Shown here in pieces: positions 16,767-26,147 of a stretch of 64,000 nt of DNA. Positions within the stretch are counted from its first letter, which is position 1, and every line of letters starts with the position of its first letter. The position numbers and the translations under genes are program-made. The stretch spans positions 16,250 to 80,249 of the forward strand of contig DATAEF010000007.1 in NCBI GenBank assembly GCA_036258155.1, in the 5' to 3' direction. A model generated the notes under the pieces. The model was not told the DNA's origin and searched no databases. It worked only from the letters and a program-made list of their open reading frames with translations. Origin of the DNA: Gaiellaceae bacterium. Its GTDB lineage: Bacteria; Actinomycetota; Thermoleophilia; Gaiellales; Gaiellaceae.

Positions 16767-17594
16767 ATGGCGGGTTTCGCGACGGTGACGGAAGAGGACG
16801 GAGTCGCTCTGACATCGGCGGACGTGAACGGTCTCACGGTCAGCGAGCTGCGGTTCCCGCCCGACTACGTGCAGGCCGCTTTCGAGCCCGAGCTGCCCTA
16901 CCTCGCGCTCGTCCTGGACGGGTCGCTCGAGAAGTCGTTCCGGACTCGGACGATCGAGCTCAGCCGGGCGTCTGGGCTGACGATGCCCGCAGGCGCCACG
17001 CACAGTGCCCGCTTCGGCGCGAAAGGAGCCCGGATCGTGGTCGTCAAGCCTCGAGACGCGTCGCACCCCACCGCTGACAGTCTCGACCGGCTCGTCGATC
17101 TGCGAGGGCCCGGGTTCAGTTGGCTCGCCTGGCGGCTCGCCGGAGAGCTTCGCGCCACCGACGCCGCTGCGCCTCTCGCGGCAGAAGGCTTTGCGCTCGA
17201 GCTCGTCGCCGGGACCTGCCGCGAAGTCGCGGCCGAGGCGCACGTCGGCCGCTCTCCGGCATGGCTCCGCTCGGCCGAAGAGCTGCTGCGCGTGCGCATC
17301 GCCGATTGCATCGGATTGAGCGAGCTTGCCGACGCTGTCGGTGTGCATCCCATGCATCTGGCCCGCACCTTTCGCGCTCGCCATGGCATCTCGGTCGGGG
17401 AGTACGGGCGACGTCTCCGAGTCGCCTGGGCGGCGTCCGAGATTGCGCGTCGCGATACGCCTCTCGCCTTGATCGCGGCGCAGGCCGGCTTCGCTGATCA
17501 GAGCCATTTCACACGCGTCTTCAAGCACCACGTCGGCACGACGCCCGCCAGGTACCGAGAGGAAACGGCTCGGATCGCGCAACGAGACGCCTGA
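16767..17594 (+). CDS. AraC-family transcriptional regulator
   Basis: C-terminal double HTH: LSELADAVGVHPMHLARTFRARHGISVGEYGRRLRVAWAASEIARRDTPLALIAAQAGFADQSHFTRVFKHHVGTTPARY. Confidence 0.8.
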   Translation: MAGFATVTEEDGVALTSADVNGLTVSELRFPPDYVQAAFEPELPYLALVLDGSLEKSFRTRTIELSRASGLTMPAGATHSARFGAKGARIVVVKPRDASHPTADSLDRLVDLRGPGFSWLAWRLAGELRATDAAAPLAAEGFALELVAGTCREVAAEAHVGRSPAWLRSAEELLRVRIADCIGLSELADAVGVHPMHLARTFRARHGISVGEYGRRLRVAWAASEIARRDTPLALIAAQAGFADQSHFTRVFKHHVGTTPARYREETARIAQRDA

Positions 17595-17738
17595 ACTGAA
17601 CCCTGCGACGAGCGAGACTCTCGGACGTTCCAAGACGTGCGGCGCACGTTCAAGACGGTGCACCGGCGGGCGGTCACTCTGGGAAGCGCGAGTAGGCGAA
17701 GTCGCCTCTTCGCGCATTCCATCGGGAGGAGGACATTC

Positions 17739-18263
17739 ATGCACGTGCGCACCGTTTGTGTGCTCGCCACGATCGTCGGGGTGCTCGCAATCCCGGTCGC
17801 CGCCGCGAATGGATCCGGCGCCGCCGTGCTGTCCGCGAACGGAAGCGCCCACTGGACGATCCCGCTGCCCAATCCGTTCGACGTGGTCGTCTGGAATCGC
17901 ACGCTCTCGTTCAACGCGCGCAAGTACGCGGACGGGAGCGTCACGGGTCGCTTCGAGTACCACCAGGTCGTCGAGGGCGAGGCGTTCGTCTTCAACGTCG
18001 ACGTCACGTGCTTCAACGTCTACGACGGAAACCGCGCCAAGATCGGTGGCGTCATCGAAGTCAGTAATGATCCGACGTTGCCCACCGGCGTGTTCGCGTG
18101 GTTCCAGGTCTTCGACAACGGCGAGGGACGGGGAGCGCCGCCCGATCGGTCGAGCCTCATCGGATTCGGAGACGAGGCCGCCAACGATGCGTTCTGCTCG
18201 AGCCCCAACCTGCCTCGCTTCGGGCCCTGGGACGTCCAAGGAAACGTGCAAGTGGACACGTAG
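17739..18263 (+). CDS. secreted hypothetical protein
   Basis: The ATG is preceded by GGAGGAGG. MHVRTVCVLATIVGVLAIPVAAANG is a signal peptide. No family recognised. Confidence 0.6.
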   Translation: MHVRTVCVLATIVGVLAIPVAAANGSGAAVLSANGSAHWTIPLPNPFDVVVWNRTLSFNARKYADGSVTGRFEYHQVVEGEAFVFNVDVTCFNVYDGNRAKIGGVIEVSNDPTLPTGVFAWFQVFDNGEGRGAPPDRSSLIGFGDEAANDAFCSSPNLPRFGPWDVQGNVQVDT

Positions 18264-18328
18264 CCGGTCGGTCGGGCGCACGCGCGAGCTCGGGCGCGTT
18301 CCGCTAGCGCCGTCGGCTCGAGGTAAGA

Positions 18329-18359
18329 GAGAGCGGCGCCGCCGCGTGGCGCCGCTCTC
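18329..18359. terminator. bidirectional terminator-like hairpin between convergent genes
   Basis: GAGAGCGGCGCC-GCCGCGT-GGCGCCGCTCTC: a perfect 12-bp GC-rich stem with a 7-nt loop, between the stops at 18263 (+) and 18369 (-). Confidence 0.6.
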
Positions 18360-18368
18360 GATCCTCCT

Positions 18369-18869
18369 CTACTTGATGTCGCCCCGGATCTCGCCGCCGG
18401 GGATGGCGACGGTGTGCACGTTCACGTACGCGCCGTCGTTGTTCATCTTCTCGATCACGTCGTCGAGATTGGCCACGCCGCCCGGGCAGGCCGCCGAGTC
18501 GGGCCTCGGGATCACGTTCGCGTTCGTGATCGTGCCCTCGCTGAGCACGCCGTTCGGCGAGACGGTAGGCCCGAACCCGTACAGGAAGACCACGACCGGC
18601 CCGTTGACGCCGGGTGTGCCACAGTGGATGTGCGACTGGGTGACGTCGGCAATGTTCGAGGCGATCAGCTTGAAGTCGAGTGACGTGCCGTTTTCCGACA
18701 TATGGAAGATCGCCTGCGCTTGCCCCTGGCTGGCGGTGGCGGGTACCTCCGTGTCACCCTGGGAGTGTGTGCTCCAGTTCCGGTTGACCCCGCCGATCGC
18801 GAGCCCGACCGCGACCAGGCCGACCAGGCCGACCAGAAACATTGCTGCAAGCCCCGTTCCTCGTTTCAT
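18369..18869 (-). CDS. CHRD-domain protein with N-terminal membrane anchor/signal
   Basis: QSHIHCGTPGVNGPVVVFLYG ... AYVNVHTVAIPGGEIRGDIK. The CHRD hallmarks are H-I-H..G..G.NGPVV and HT...P.GEIRG. Confidence 0.7.
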   Translation of the reverse strand: MKRGTGLAAMFLVGLVGLVAVGLAIGGVNRNWSTHSQGDTEVPATASQGQAQAIFHMSENGTSLDFKLIASNIADVTQSHIHCGTPGVNGPVVVFLYGFGPTVSPNGVLSEGTITNANVIPRPDSAACPGGVANLDDVIEKMNNDGAYVNVHTVAIPGGEIRGDIK

Positions 18870-18985
18870 GCGTTCCTCGCTTTCTCCCCGTCGAATGAGT
18901 ACGCATTACCGCTGCTTGCGCTTACGGCCCCGTCCGCGGATCGGTTTGCAACGGCGAAGCTTTCGCGCGCCGCTCACGGACCAAC

Positions 18986-19301
18986 GGCCACCTGACCTAC
19001 GCCTCGCAGACAAAGGGCGGAACGCCTATCTGAGCGCAATCGACCTCGGCACGAAGAAGACGCTCTGGCGCAGTCCGGCTCTCGTCGCGAACGCCCGCAC
19101 GTTCGTCGTCACCGGAGACCACATCGTGGCCGGCTACGGCTTCACGGCGGAGCCGGACTCGTGTACCTGCTCGATCGCCGCAGCGGAAAGGTGCTCCACC
19201 GGCTCCCGGTGCCGAGCGCGCCGGAGCTGATCAAGCTGCGCGACGGCCGGCTGCACGTGCGGACATACGACCGCCAGGTCGTCGCGCGGATCGTGCGCTA
19301 G
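18986..19301 (+). pseudogene. decayed 3' remnant of a beta-propeller (PQQ/BamB-like repeat) gene with at least two frameshifts
   Basis: Three consecutive frames read GHLTYASQTKGG / NAYLSAIDLGTKKTLWRSPALVANARTFVVTGDHIVAGYGFTAEPD / VYLLDRRSGKVLHRLPVPSAPELIKLRDGRLHVRTYDRQVVARIVR*. Frame changes occur near 19018-19023 and 19156-19161. No intact N-terminus or start is present. Confidence 0.45.
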
Positions 19302-19996
19302 AGCGCGATCTCGGCAGCCCCCTCCCGCATCCCGACCAGGCGGGGGACGACGTCGAGGACGCTCTCGCGGGCGCAGAACGTGATGTCGGGCTCGAGCTCC
19401 GGCGCGTTCTCGAGGAGGTTCCGTCCGCTCTTCGAGGCCCGCAGGGCCTCCTCCGCTCCGCCCCAGGTCGTCACGAACCGTGCGGCCGTCTCGGCGGCGT
19501 CGGTCCGATCACACCCGAGGAGCTCGACGATCCGCCCGGCGACGTAGGCGTCGTCGAGGGCGAGCGTTCCCTGGACACCCGCGCACACGACGAGCGCGTC
19601 TTGACCGGCAGCACGGGCGGCGCCGACGACCGCAGACAGGTTCAGAAGCGACGCGACGAGTACACGCTCGCATCGCTCGGCGGCCGCTACCACCGCGCGC
19701 GTCCCGTTCGTCGTCGAGAGCACGAGCGTCGTACCTGCCGGCTCGAGGTACTCCTGAGGCGAGTTGCCGAGGTCGAACCCCGGAATGCGAACCGCCTTGC
19801 GCTCACCCCCGAGAACGCCCTCGCCGAGCATGTCGCGTAGGGCGCGCGCTTCGTCGACCTCGGCCGCGCAGAACACGCGCGAGTAGCCCGAGGCGAGCGC
19901 CTGACAGATGGTGGACGTCGCCCGGATGACGTCGATGACGATTCCGGTCGGGGCCGCTCCCGCCCCGTCCGGTGTGAACACGACGTCCACGCGCAC
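19298..19996 (-). CDS. comB: 2-phosphosulfolactate phosphatase family protein (ComB-like)
   Basis: MRVDVVFTP...IVIDVIRATSTICQALASG...GGERKAVRIPGFDLGNSPQEY...LVLSTTNGTRA. This is the ComB family signature as I recall it. Confidence 0.7.
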   Translation of the reverse strand: MRVDVVFTPDGAGAAPTGIVIDVIRATSTICQALASGYSRVFCAAEVDEARALRDMLGEGVLGGERKAVRIPGFDLGNSPQEYLEPAGTTLVLSTTNGTRAVVAAAERCERVLVASLLNLSAVVGAARAAGQDALVVCAGVQGTLALDDAYVAGRIVELLGCDRTDAAETAARFVTTWGGAEEALRASKSGRNLLENAPELEPDITFCARESVLDVVPRLVGMREGAAEIAL

Positions 19997-20014
19997 GCGG
20001 GTACGCTAGCCGCG

Positions 20015-20869
20015 GTGGACGAGGCCCTCCGCTGTTACCGGCACCCCGAGCGGGAGACGTACGTCTCGTGCTCCGAGTGCGGGCGCGGCATCTGTCCGGA
20101 CTGCATGACGTTCGGCCCGGTCGGGATCCGCTGCCCCGACCACGCGAGTACGGGCGGCAAGACCTCGTCTCCGAGGCGCGCCGCTCGCCGGTCGAGCGTC
20201 TCGTTCACGCGCTCCGGGCCGATCGTCACGTTCACGCTGATCGGAATCAATGTCGGCCTGTACCTGCTCGAGCTCCTCACGGGCGGCCAACTCAACGGAA
20301 CGGGAAGCTGGATCTACGAGAAGGGCGTCCTGGTCTCGACCGCGGTCGACTCGTCCGGTCAAGTGGTCGGTGTCACCGAAGGGGAGTGGTGGCGCCTCTT
20401 GACGGCCGCGTTCCTCCACTACGGGATCCTCCACCTCGGGCTGAACATGCTCGTGCTCTGGATCATCGGGCCGCCGCTCGAGGAGTACTTCGGCCACGGC
20501 CGCTACGCGCTCGTGTACCTCGTCTCCGGGCTCGCAGGCTCGGCGGGAGCGCTGATCTGGTCTCCGAGCGCGCTGACGGTCGGCGCGTCGGGAGCGATCT
20601 GGGGGATCATGGGCGCCGCACTCGTGCTCGAAGGGCGCCGTATCTACGTCTTCGGCGGCCAGGCGATGGGCCTGGTCGTCTTCAATCTCCTCATCACGTT
20701 CCTCATCCCCGGGATCTCGATCGGTGGTCACATCGGCGGCCTCGTCGGTGGGGGATTGTGCGCGCTCGCGTTCTCGAGCCTGCGGAGGACACCGGCGCTG
20801 GCGACGCTCTCCGTCGCCGCGGTGGGAGTCGCCAGCGTCGCGCTGGCCGTCTCACAGGTGCAGATCTAG
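20015..20869 (+). CDS. rhomboid-family intramembrane serine protease with N-terminal zinc-ribbon
   Basis: CYRHPERETYVSCSECGRGICPDC (Cys cluster), WRLLTAAFLHYGILHLGLNM, the catalytic GASGAIWG, and HIGGLVGG. Confidence 0.85.
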   Translation: MDEALRCYRHPERETYVSCSECGRGICPDCMTFGPVGIRCPDHASTGGKTSSPRRAARRSSVSFTRSGPIVTFTLIGINVGLYLLELLTGGQLNGTGSWIYEKGVLVSTAVDSSGQVVGVTEGEWWRLLTAAFLHYGILHLGLNMLVLWIIGPPLEEYFGHGRYALVYLVSGLAGSAGALIWSPSALTVGASGAIWGIMGAALVLEGRRIYVFGGQAMGLVVFNLLITFLIPGISIGGHIGGLVGGGLCALAFSSLRRTPALATLSVAAVGVASVALAVSQVQI

Positions 20870-20909
20870 CGACGCCGGCTCGGGGTCAGATCGGTGGGTC
20901 TGACTCCGG

Positions 20910-23504
20910 TCAGCCGCCGATCGCGACTGCGATCACGCCCTCCTCGGCGAGCGCCGCCTGAGCCGCGGCGAGCCGCGCGAGCGGGACGCGGTACGGCGAG
21001 CAGGAGACGTAGTCGATTCCGAGACCGTGACAGAAGGCGACCGAGCTAGGCTCGCCGCCGTGCTCGCCGCAGATTCCGAGCTTGAGGTCGGGCTTCGCGC
21101 CCCTCCCCCGCTCGACCGCGATCCGCATGAGCTCTCCGACGCCGTCCACGTCGAGCACCTCGAACGGGTTGTGCTCGAGGATGCCGTGCTGGAGGTAGTA
21201 GGCGAGGAACTTCCCCTCGGCGTCGTCACGTGAGAACCCCAGCGTGGTCTGGGTGAGGTCGTTCGTGCCGAAGGAGAAGAAGTCCGCCTCGGCCGCGATC
21301 TCGTCCGCGCGAAGCGCCGCGCGCGGGAGCTCGATCATCGTTCCGCAGAGATACGCCACCCCCGGCTCCTCTGCGGCTACGCGCTCCGTCAGCTCGCGCA
21401 GCCGCGAGAGCTCCTCCCGGAAGCCCACCAGCGGATGCATGATCTCGACGAGCGGCGCCTCGCCCGTGCGCTCGTAAACCGCCCGCGCGGCCCGCACGAT
21501 CGCGCGCACTTGCATCTCGTAGATCTCCGGGAACTGGAGCCCGAGGCGGCAGCCGCGCGTCCCGAGCATCGGATTCGACTCGTGCAGTTGGCGGATCCGC
21601 TCGCGCATCGCGTCCGACGTCGCCTCCTCGAGCGGGGGCAGGAACTCGTGCAACGGCGGATCGAGCAGCCGGATCGTGACCGGGAGCCCGGCCATCGCCT
21701 CGAAGATCCCCTCGAAGTCCGCCTGCTGCACCGGCAGCAGGCGTCCGAGTGCGCCGCGCCGCTCCTGGTCGTCGCCCGCGAGGATCATCTCCCGCACGAT
21801 CGGGAGGCGGTCATCCGCCATGAACATGTGCTCGGTCCGGCAGAGCCCGATGCCCTCGGCTCCGAACTCCCGAGCCTTCGTGGCATCCTCGGGGGTGTCC
21901 GCATTGGCTCGGACGCGCAGTCGCCGGAGGTCGTCGGCCCAGCCGAGGATCGTGCCGAAGTTCTCGTCGATCGCAGGCGGAACGAGCGGGACGGCGCCGA
22001 TGATGACGCTCCCGGAGCCGCCGTCGATCGTGATGACGTCGCCCGCCCGAAGCTCGTGCTCGCCGATCGTCACGACACCCGTCGGGTAGTCGATCGACAG
22101 CCCTTCGCAGCCGGCGACGCACGGCTTGCCCATCCCGCGAGCGACGACGGCCGCATGCGACGTCATCCCGCCGTGCGCCGTCAGCACTCCCCGGGCCTGG
22201 ATGAGGCCGTGGATGTCGTCGGGCGTCGTCTCCCAGCGAACGAGCACGACGTCGTCACCGGCCTTCCCACGCTCCTCGGCGGTGTCCGCGTCGAGGACGA
22301 TCGCGCCGGACGCGGCCCCCGGCGACGCATTGAGGCCGCGCGCGGCGACCTCGAACGTCGCCTTGGGGTCGATCATCGGGTGCAAAAGCTGGTCGAGCTG
22401 GTCGGGATCGATGCGCGCGACAGCCTCCTCGCGGGAGATGAGCCCTTCGTCAACCATCTCCGTCGCCGTGCGAAGCGCAGCGGCCGCCGTTCGCTTGCCG
22501 GTACGGGTCTGGAGGAGATAGAGCTTGCCCTCCTCGACCGTGAACTCGATGTCCTGCATGTCGCGGTAGTGCGCCTCGAGCCGGTCGAGCGTCTCGACCA
22601 GCTGCTCGAACGCCTCGGGCATCGTTTCGCGCATCTGGTCGATGGGCTCCGGCGTACGGATTCCGGCGACGACGTCCTCTCCCTGGGCGTTCAGGAGGAA
22701 CTCGCCGTAGAGCCGTTTCTCGCCGGTCGAGGGGTTGCGTGTGAAGCAGACGCCGGTCCCGGAGCTCTCGCCACGGTTCCCGAAGACCATCTGCACGACG
22801 TTCACCGCCGTACCGATGTCGTCCGAGATGCCGTACGTGCGGCGGTAGACCTGGGCCCTCGGCGCGTTCCAGGAGTCGAACACCGCCCGATACGCCCGTC
22901 GCAGCTGCTCGCGCGCGTCCTGCGGAAAGCGCCCGCCCGTCCCCTCCTCGTAGATCGCGTTGAACGTGTCGACGAGCGCGCCGAGATCCTCCGCAGTCAG
23001 ATCGACGTCCTGCGCGACCCCCCGTGCGGCCTTGAGATCCGCGAGCGCCTGCTCGAAACGGTGCCCGTCGATCCCGTCCACGACCTCGCCGTACATCTGG
23101 ATCAGGCGGCGGTAGGAGTCGAGAGCGAAGCGCTCGTTCGCGGTCGTGGCACCCAGCTGGGCCGTGGCCACGTCGTTCAGGCCGAGGTTCAGGATCGTGT
23201 CCATCATCCCGGGCATCGAGATCGCCGCGCCCGAGCGAACCGAGACGAGCAGCGGCTCCGACTCGTCGCCAAAACGCTTGCCCGTCCGCTCTTCGAGGGC
23301 GGCGATGTGGCTCGAGACCTCGTCGTCGAGCCCGTCCGGCACCTGCCCGCCCGCGGCCATGTACGCACGGCACGCATCCGTCGTGATCGTGAATCCGGCG
23401 GGGACCGGCACCCCGAGCTGCGTCATCTCGGCGAGTCCGACTCCCTTTCCGCCGAGGAGCTCGCGACCGCCCGGGTCCTCGTCGAAGTCGAAGACATAGC
23501 GCAT
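20910..23504 (-). CDS. ppdK: pyruvate, phosphate dikinase
   Basis: From the internal ATG: MRYVFDFDEDPGGRELLGGKGVGLAEMTQLGVPVPAGFTITTDAC... Phospho-histidine motif GGMTSHAAVVARGMGKPCV. PEP-utiliser TIM barrel at the C-terminus. The upstream 98 codons of the track ORF were discarded. Confidence 0.92.
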   Translation of the reverse strand: MRYVFDFDEDPGGRELLGGKGVGLAEMTQLGVPVPAGFTITTDACRAYMAAGGQVPDGLDDEVSSHIAALEERTGKRFGDESEPLLVSVRSGAAISMPGMMDTILNLGLNDVATAQLGATTANERFALDSYRRLIQMYGEVVDGIDGHRFEQALADLKAARGVAQDVDLTAEDLGALVDTFNAIYEEGTGGRFPQDAREQLRRAYRAVFDSWNAPRAQVYRRTYGISDDIGTAVNVVQMVFGNRGESSGTGVCFTRNPSTGEKRLYGEFLLNAQGEDVVAGIRTPEPIDQMRETMPEAFEQLVETLDRLEAHYRDMQDIEFTVEEGKLYLLQTRTGKRTAAAALRTATEMVDEGLISREEAVARIDPDQLDQLLHPMIDPKATFEVAARGLNASPGAASGAIVLDADTAEERGKAGDDVVLVRWETTPDDIHGLIQARGVLTAHGGMTSHAAVVARGMGKPCVAGCEGLSIDYPTGVVTIGEHELRAGDVITIDGGSGSVIIGAVPLVPPAIDENFGTILGWADDLRRLRVRANADTPEDATKAREFGAEGIGLCRTEHMFMADDRLPIVREMILAGDDQERRGALGRLLPVQQADFEGIFEAMAGLPVTIRLLDPPLHEFLPPLEEATSDAMRERIRQLHESNPMLGTRGCRLGLQFPEIYEMQVRAIVRAARAVYERTGEAPLVEIMHPLVGFREELSRLRELTERVAAEEPGVAYLCGTMIELPRAALRADEIAAEADFFSFGTNDLTQTTLGFSRDDAEGKFLAYYLQHGILEHNPFEVLDVDGVGELMRIAVERGRGAKPDLKLGICGEHGGEPSSVAFCHGLGIDYVSCSPYRVPLARLAAAQAALAEEGVIAVAIGG

Positions 23505-23867
23505 TTGCGGGAGGAATCTACCGGTACCGCTCAGAGAGTGGAAACCCGCATGGCTGTGTGCTTGCCGAGGTCGTCTACGCTGCGGAATCGCGCACTGGTG
23601 TGCCACCGGTGTGACACGAGATGGTCGGACCCGCCGCCGGCCCCTGGAGCATCGACGCATCCGCACGGGCGGACGAGCTCTATCGAACAAGTCCGTTTGA
23701 GCCATCCTACGGCCGAGTTCGAGGCGCGTAATCGTGGCGACGGGGCCGGGTCCATCTGGTGAGAGCCGCGAGGCGTTCAGGCAGCCACCCGGCCTCACGC
23801 TTGCAGCACTTCGCGCAGGTCGCTGCAGATCTAGCGACTCGCGACCGTCATGAGTGACGCGACGATC

Positions 23868-24233
23868 TCACGGCTTCGGTTGTCCCCGCTTCCACTCGTA
23901 CATGCGCGCAGACTCGACGTATGGAAGACGTTTCTCGTGGTCTCCCTCCTCATCGCGCCACGCGAGTTTGCACGTGATCGGTTGGGAGAACTTTCCGGTC
24001 ACGACGACCTCTAGTTGCATTGCTTCACGTGGTCCGATCCCCGTTTCGTCACCGCCACCGACCGTGGACACAACCTCCCCGTCGTTCGTGGTCAACCACC
24101 ACCGAATGCGAGTAGCAGCACCGTCCCCGTGGTTCGCGATCTCGGCACGACAGACATACGTCCCGTCGCGTCCCTTCGTTGCAGGCCGAAAGATGAGCGC
24201 GAGATCCGCAGGGTGCGTGTCCACCTGGTTCAT
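23868..24233 (-). CDS. hypothetical protein (121 aa), no family recognised
   Basis: MNQVDTHPADLALIFRPATKGRDGTYVCRAEIANHGDGAATRIRWWLTTNDGEVV... The composition is balanced and protein-like, unlike neighbouring spurious ORFs. No signal peptide. Confidence 0.5.
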   Translation of the reverse strand: MNQVDTHPADLALIFRPATKGRDGTYVCRAEIANHGDGAATRIRWWLTTNDGEVVSTVGGGDETGIGPREAMQLEVVVTGKFSQPITCKLAWRDEEGDHEKRLPYVESARMYEWKRGQPKP

Positions 24234-24616
24234 CGCGTCGGATCCTATGACGCTCGACTCGCGTCCTTCCGTAGCAGCGCAGCGCCGGGATCGGTTCCGG
24301 GTGAAGCGCTACGACCTCCGACTCGACCGACAATCGGGACACCGCGCGCACGGGCGCTGTTGTGTCCGTCCGCGGATCGTCGCATCGGCATCCCGCGTTC
24401 GTTCTCGACTTCGTCGGTCGCGAGGATCAACTCCGCGATCGACGACGGAAAGGATCGTCATGGCGCTTGCGGGTTCCCGGAAGTCGTCGTCTCTGCTCAG
24501 ATCCCGGATCGAGATCGAGCGCCGACCCCGCCTGCGCCGCGGCTCTATCTTGCAGCGGGATCCTCGTCGGCATATGCTCGGCTTCAGCGCGGCTCCACAG
24601 AGAGAGGGGATCTCAC

Positions 24617-26074
24617 ATGACCGCTGTTGACCGGCGTACGTTCCTCCGTCGCTCAGCCTTTGCAGCTGCCGCCTTCGGCACCGTCATCGCAGATCCGCTG
24701 CGGTTGGTGGCGAGTGCTTCGGGGGCGAACGCCAACCCTCTAGGCCCCGTGCCCGACCTGCGCGACGGAGTAGTCAGGCTCTGGCTTCCTCGCGGCTTCC
24801 AGTACCGCTCCTTTCACGACACGGAGTCGCCGGTCTTCATCGACGACGGCGCGACGCCACTGCCGGGACGCCACGACGGAATGGCCGCCTTCCCGGCTCC
24901 AGATGGGAACGTCTGGCTGGTCAGAAACCACGAGATCAACGGTCCGGTACCTGCAATCGGCGTCGGCACGCCGTACGACTCGATGACTGGAGGGATTACG
25001 AGCACAGTGCTGGTGACGCCGTTCGGCGAGGTGCTGGACGCCTTCACGAGCCTCAACGGCACGCAAATGAACTGCGCCGGGGCCAGGACGCCGTGGGGCA
25101 CCTGGATCGCGTGCGAGGAGACGGTCAACGGACCCGACGTCGGTCCCGACTTCACGGGCGTCTCGAACGTTCCGCTCAAACAGAGGCACGGCTTCATCTT
25201 CGAGGTACCGGCGGGCGGGCAGTCGAACCGGCAGCCGATCACGAGTGCGGGCCGGTTCGCCCACGAGGCGGGTGCCTGGAACCCGAAGGAAAAGGCGCTG
25301 TACCTGACCGAGGACAACTTCGGCTTCCCCTCGGGGCTCTACCGCTACTTCCCGCCCACCGACCCGATGGTGACCGGCAGCCTCGGCAACGGCGGACTGC
25401 TCCAGATGCTTCGGGTCGTGGACCAGACGAATGCCCACCTGGAGGCCCAGCAGGCAAACGGCGCAACCTACGACGTCGACTGGGTCGACATCGACGACCC
25501 GAGCCCGTCGTTCCCCTACACGCCGGGCCAGACAGCTCCGACCACCAACGATCAGGCGCTCAACTACGTCGGCAACCAGGGCCGGGCGCAGGGAGCGGCG
25601 TACTTCTCGCGTCTCGAGGGCGCGACTTTCTCCAAGAAGCGGATCTACTTCGACGCGACCCAGGGGGGCGGACCACCGGAACCCGGCGCATCGGACACGG
25701 TCAACGGCTACGGAAACGGCAGTGGCCAGATCTGGGCCTACGACCCCGCGGAGCAGACGCTGACGTGCGTCTTTCAGTCGCCGGGCGCAAGCGTCCTCGA
25801 GCTCCCCGACAACATCACGCACAGCGGCCGTGGCACCATCATCGTCTGCGAGGACGGTCCCGCCGACAACTACGTGCGCGGGCTGACGACTGGCGGTGCG
25901 TTGTTCAACATCGCCCTCAATCGGCTCGTCAGCTCCACTGGCGCTCCGCGGTTCGGCGACGAGTTTGCCGGCGCGACGTTCAGTCCAGACGGGGAGACGC
26001 TTTTCGTGAACATCCAGGCTAGTAGGGGGATCAGCTTCGCCATCTGGGGACCCTGGGGCCGGATCGGCGTGTAG
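24617..26074 (+). CDS. Tat-secreted DUF839/PhoX-like beta-propeller protein (putative phosphatase)
   Basis: GAGAGGGGA lies upstream of the ATG. MTAVDRRTFLRRSAFAAAAFG has the twin-arginine motif. GRHDGMAAFP...LVRNHE...NCAGARTPWGTWIACEE...GRFAHEA...YLTEDN is typical of PhoX/DUF839 as I recall it. Confidence 0.7.
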   Translation: MTAVDRRTFLRRSAFAAAAFGTVIADPLRLVASASGANANPLGPVPDLRDGVVRLWLPRGFQYRSFHDTESPVFIDDGATPLPGRHDGMAAFPAPDGNVWLVRNHEINGPVPAIGVGTPYDSMTGGITSTVLVTPFGEVLDAFTSLNGTQMNCAGARTPWGTWIACEETVNGPDVGPDFTGVSNVPLKQRHGFIFEVPAGGQSNRQPITSAGRFAHEAGAWNPKEKALYLTEDNFGFPSGLYRYFPPTDPMVTGSLGNGGLLQMLRVVDQTNAHLEAQQANGATYDVDWVDIDDPSPSFPYTPGQTAPTTNDQALNYVGNQGRAQGAAYFSRLEGATFSKKRIYFDATQGGGPPEPGASDTVNGYGNGSGQIWAYDPAEQTLTCVFQSPGASVLELPDNITHSGRGTIIVCEDGPADNYVRGLTTGGALFNIALNRLVSSTGAPRFGDEFAGATFSPDGETLFVNIQASRGISFAIWGPWGRIGV

Positions 26075-26147
26075 TTCGCATCAGTGACGACTGGAGGATC
26101 AGTCCTCCGGCTACGACGATTCCGTCGACGATCCGAGCCTCGGAGAA

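Noticed and set aside
20859-23838. Exact 15-nt direct repeat TGCAGATCTAGCGAC at 20859-20873 and 23824-23838, flanking the ppdK transcription unit. This could be read as a target-site duplication.
   Set aside because: A single 15-mer match in 64 kb of compositionally biased DNA may well be chance (not computed). The first copy is the rhomboid gene's last codons plus its stop. The second is part of a local hairpin. Nothing mobile lies between them.
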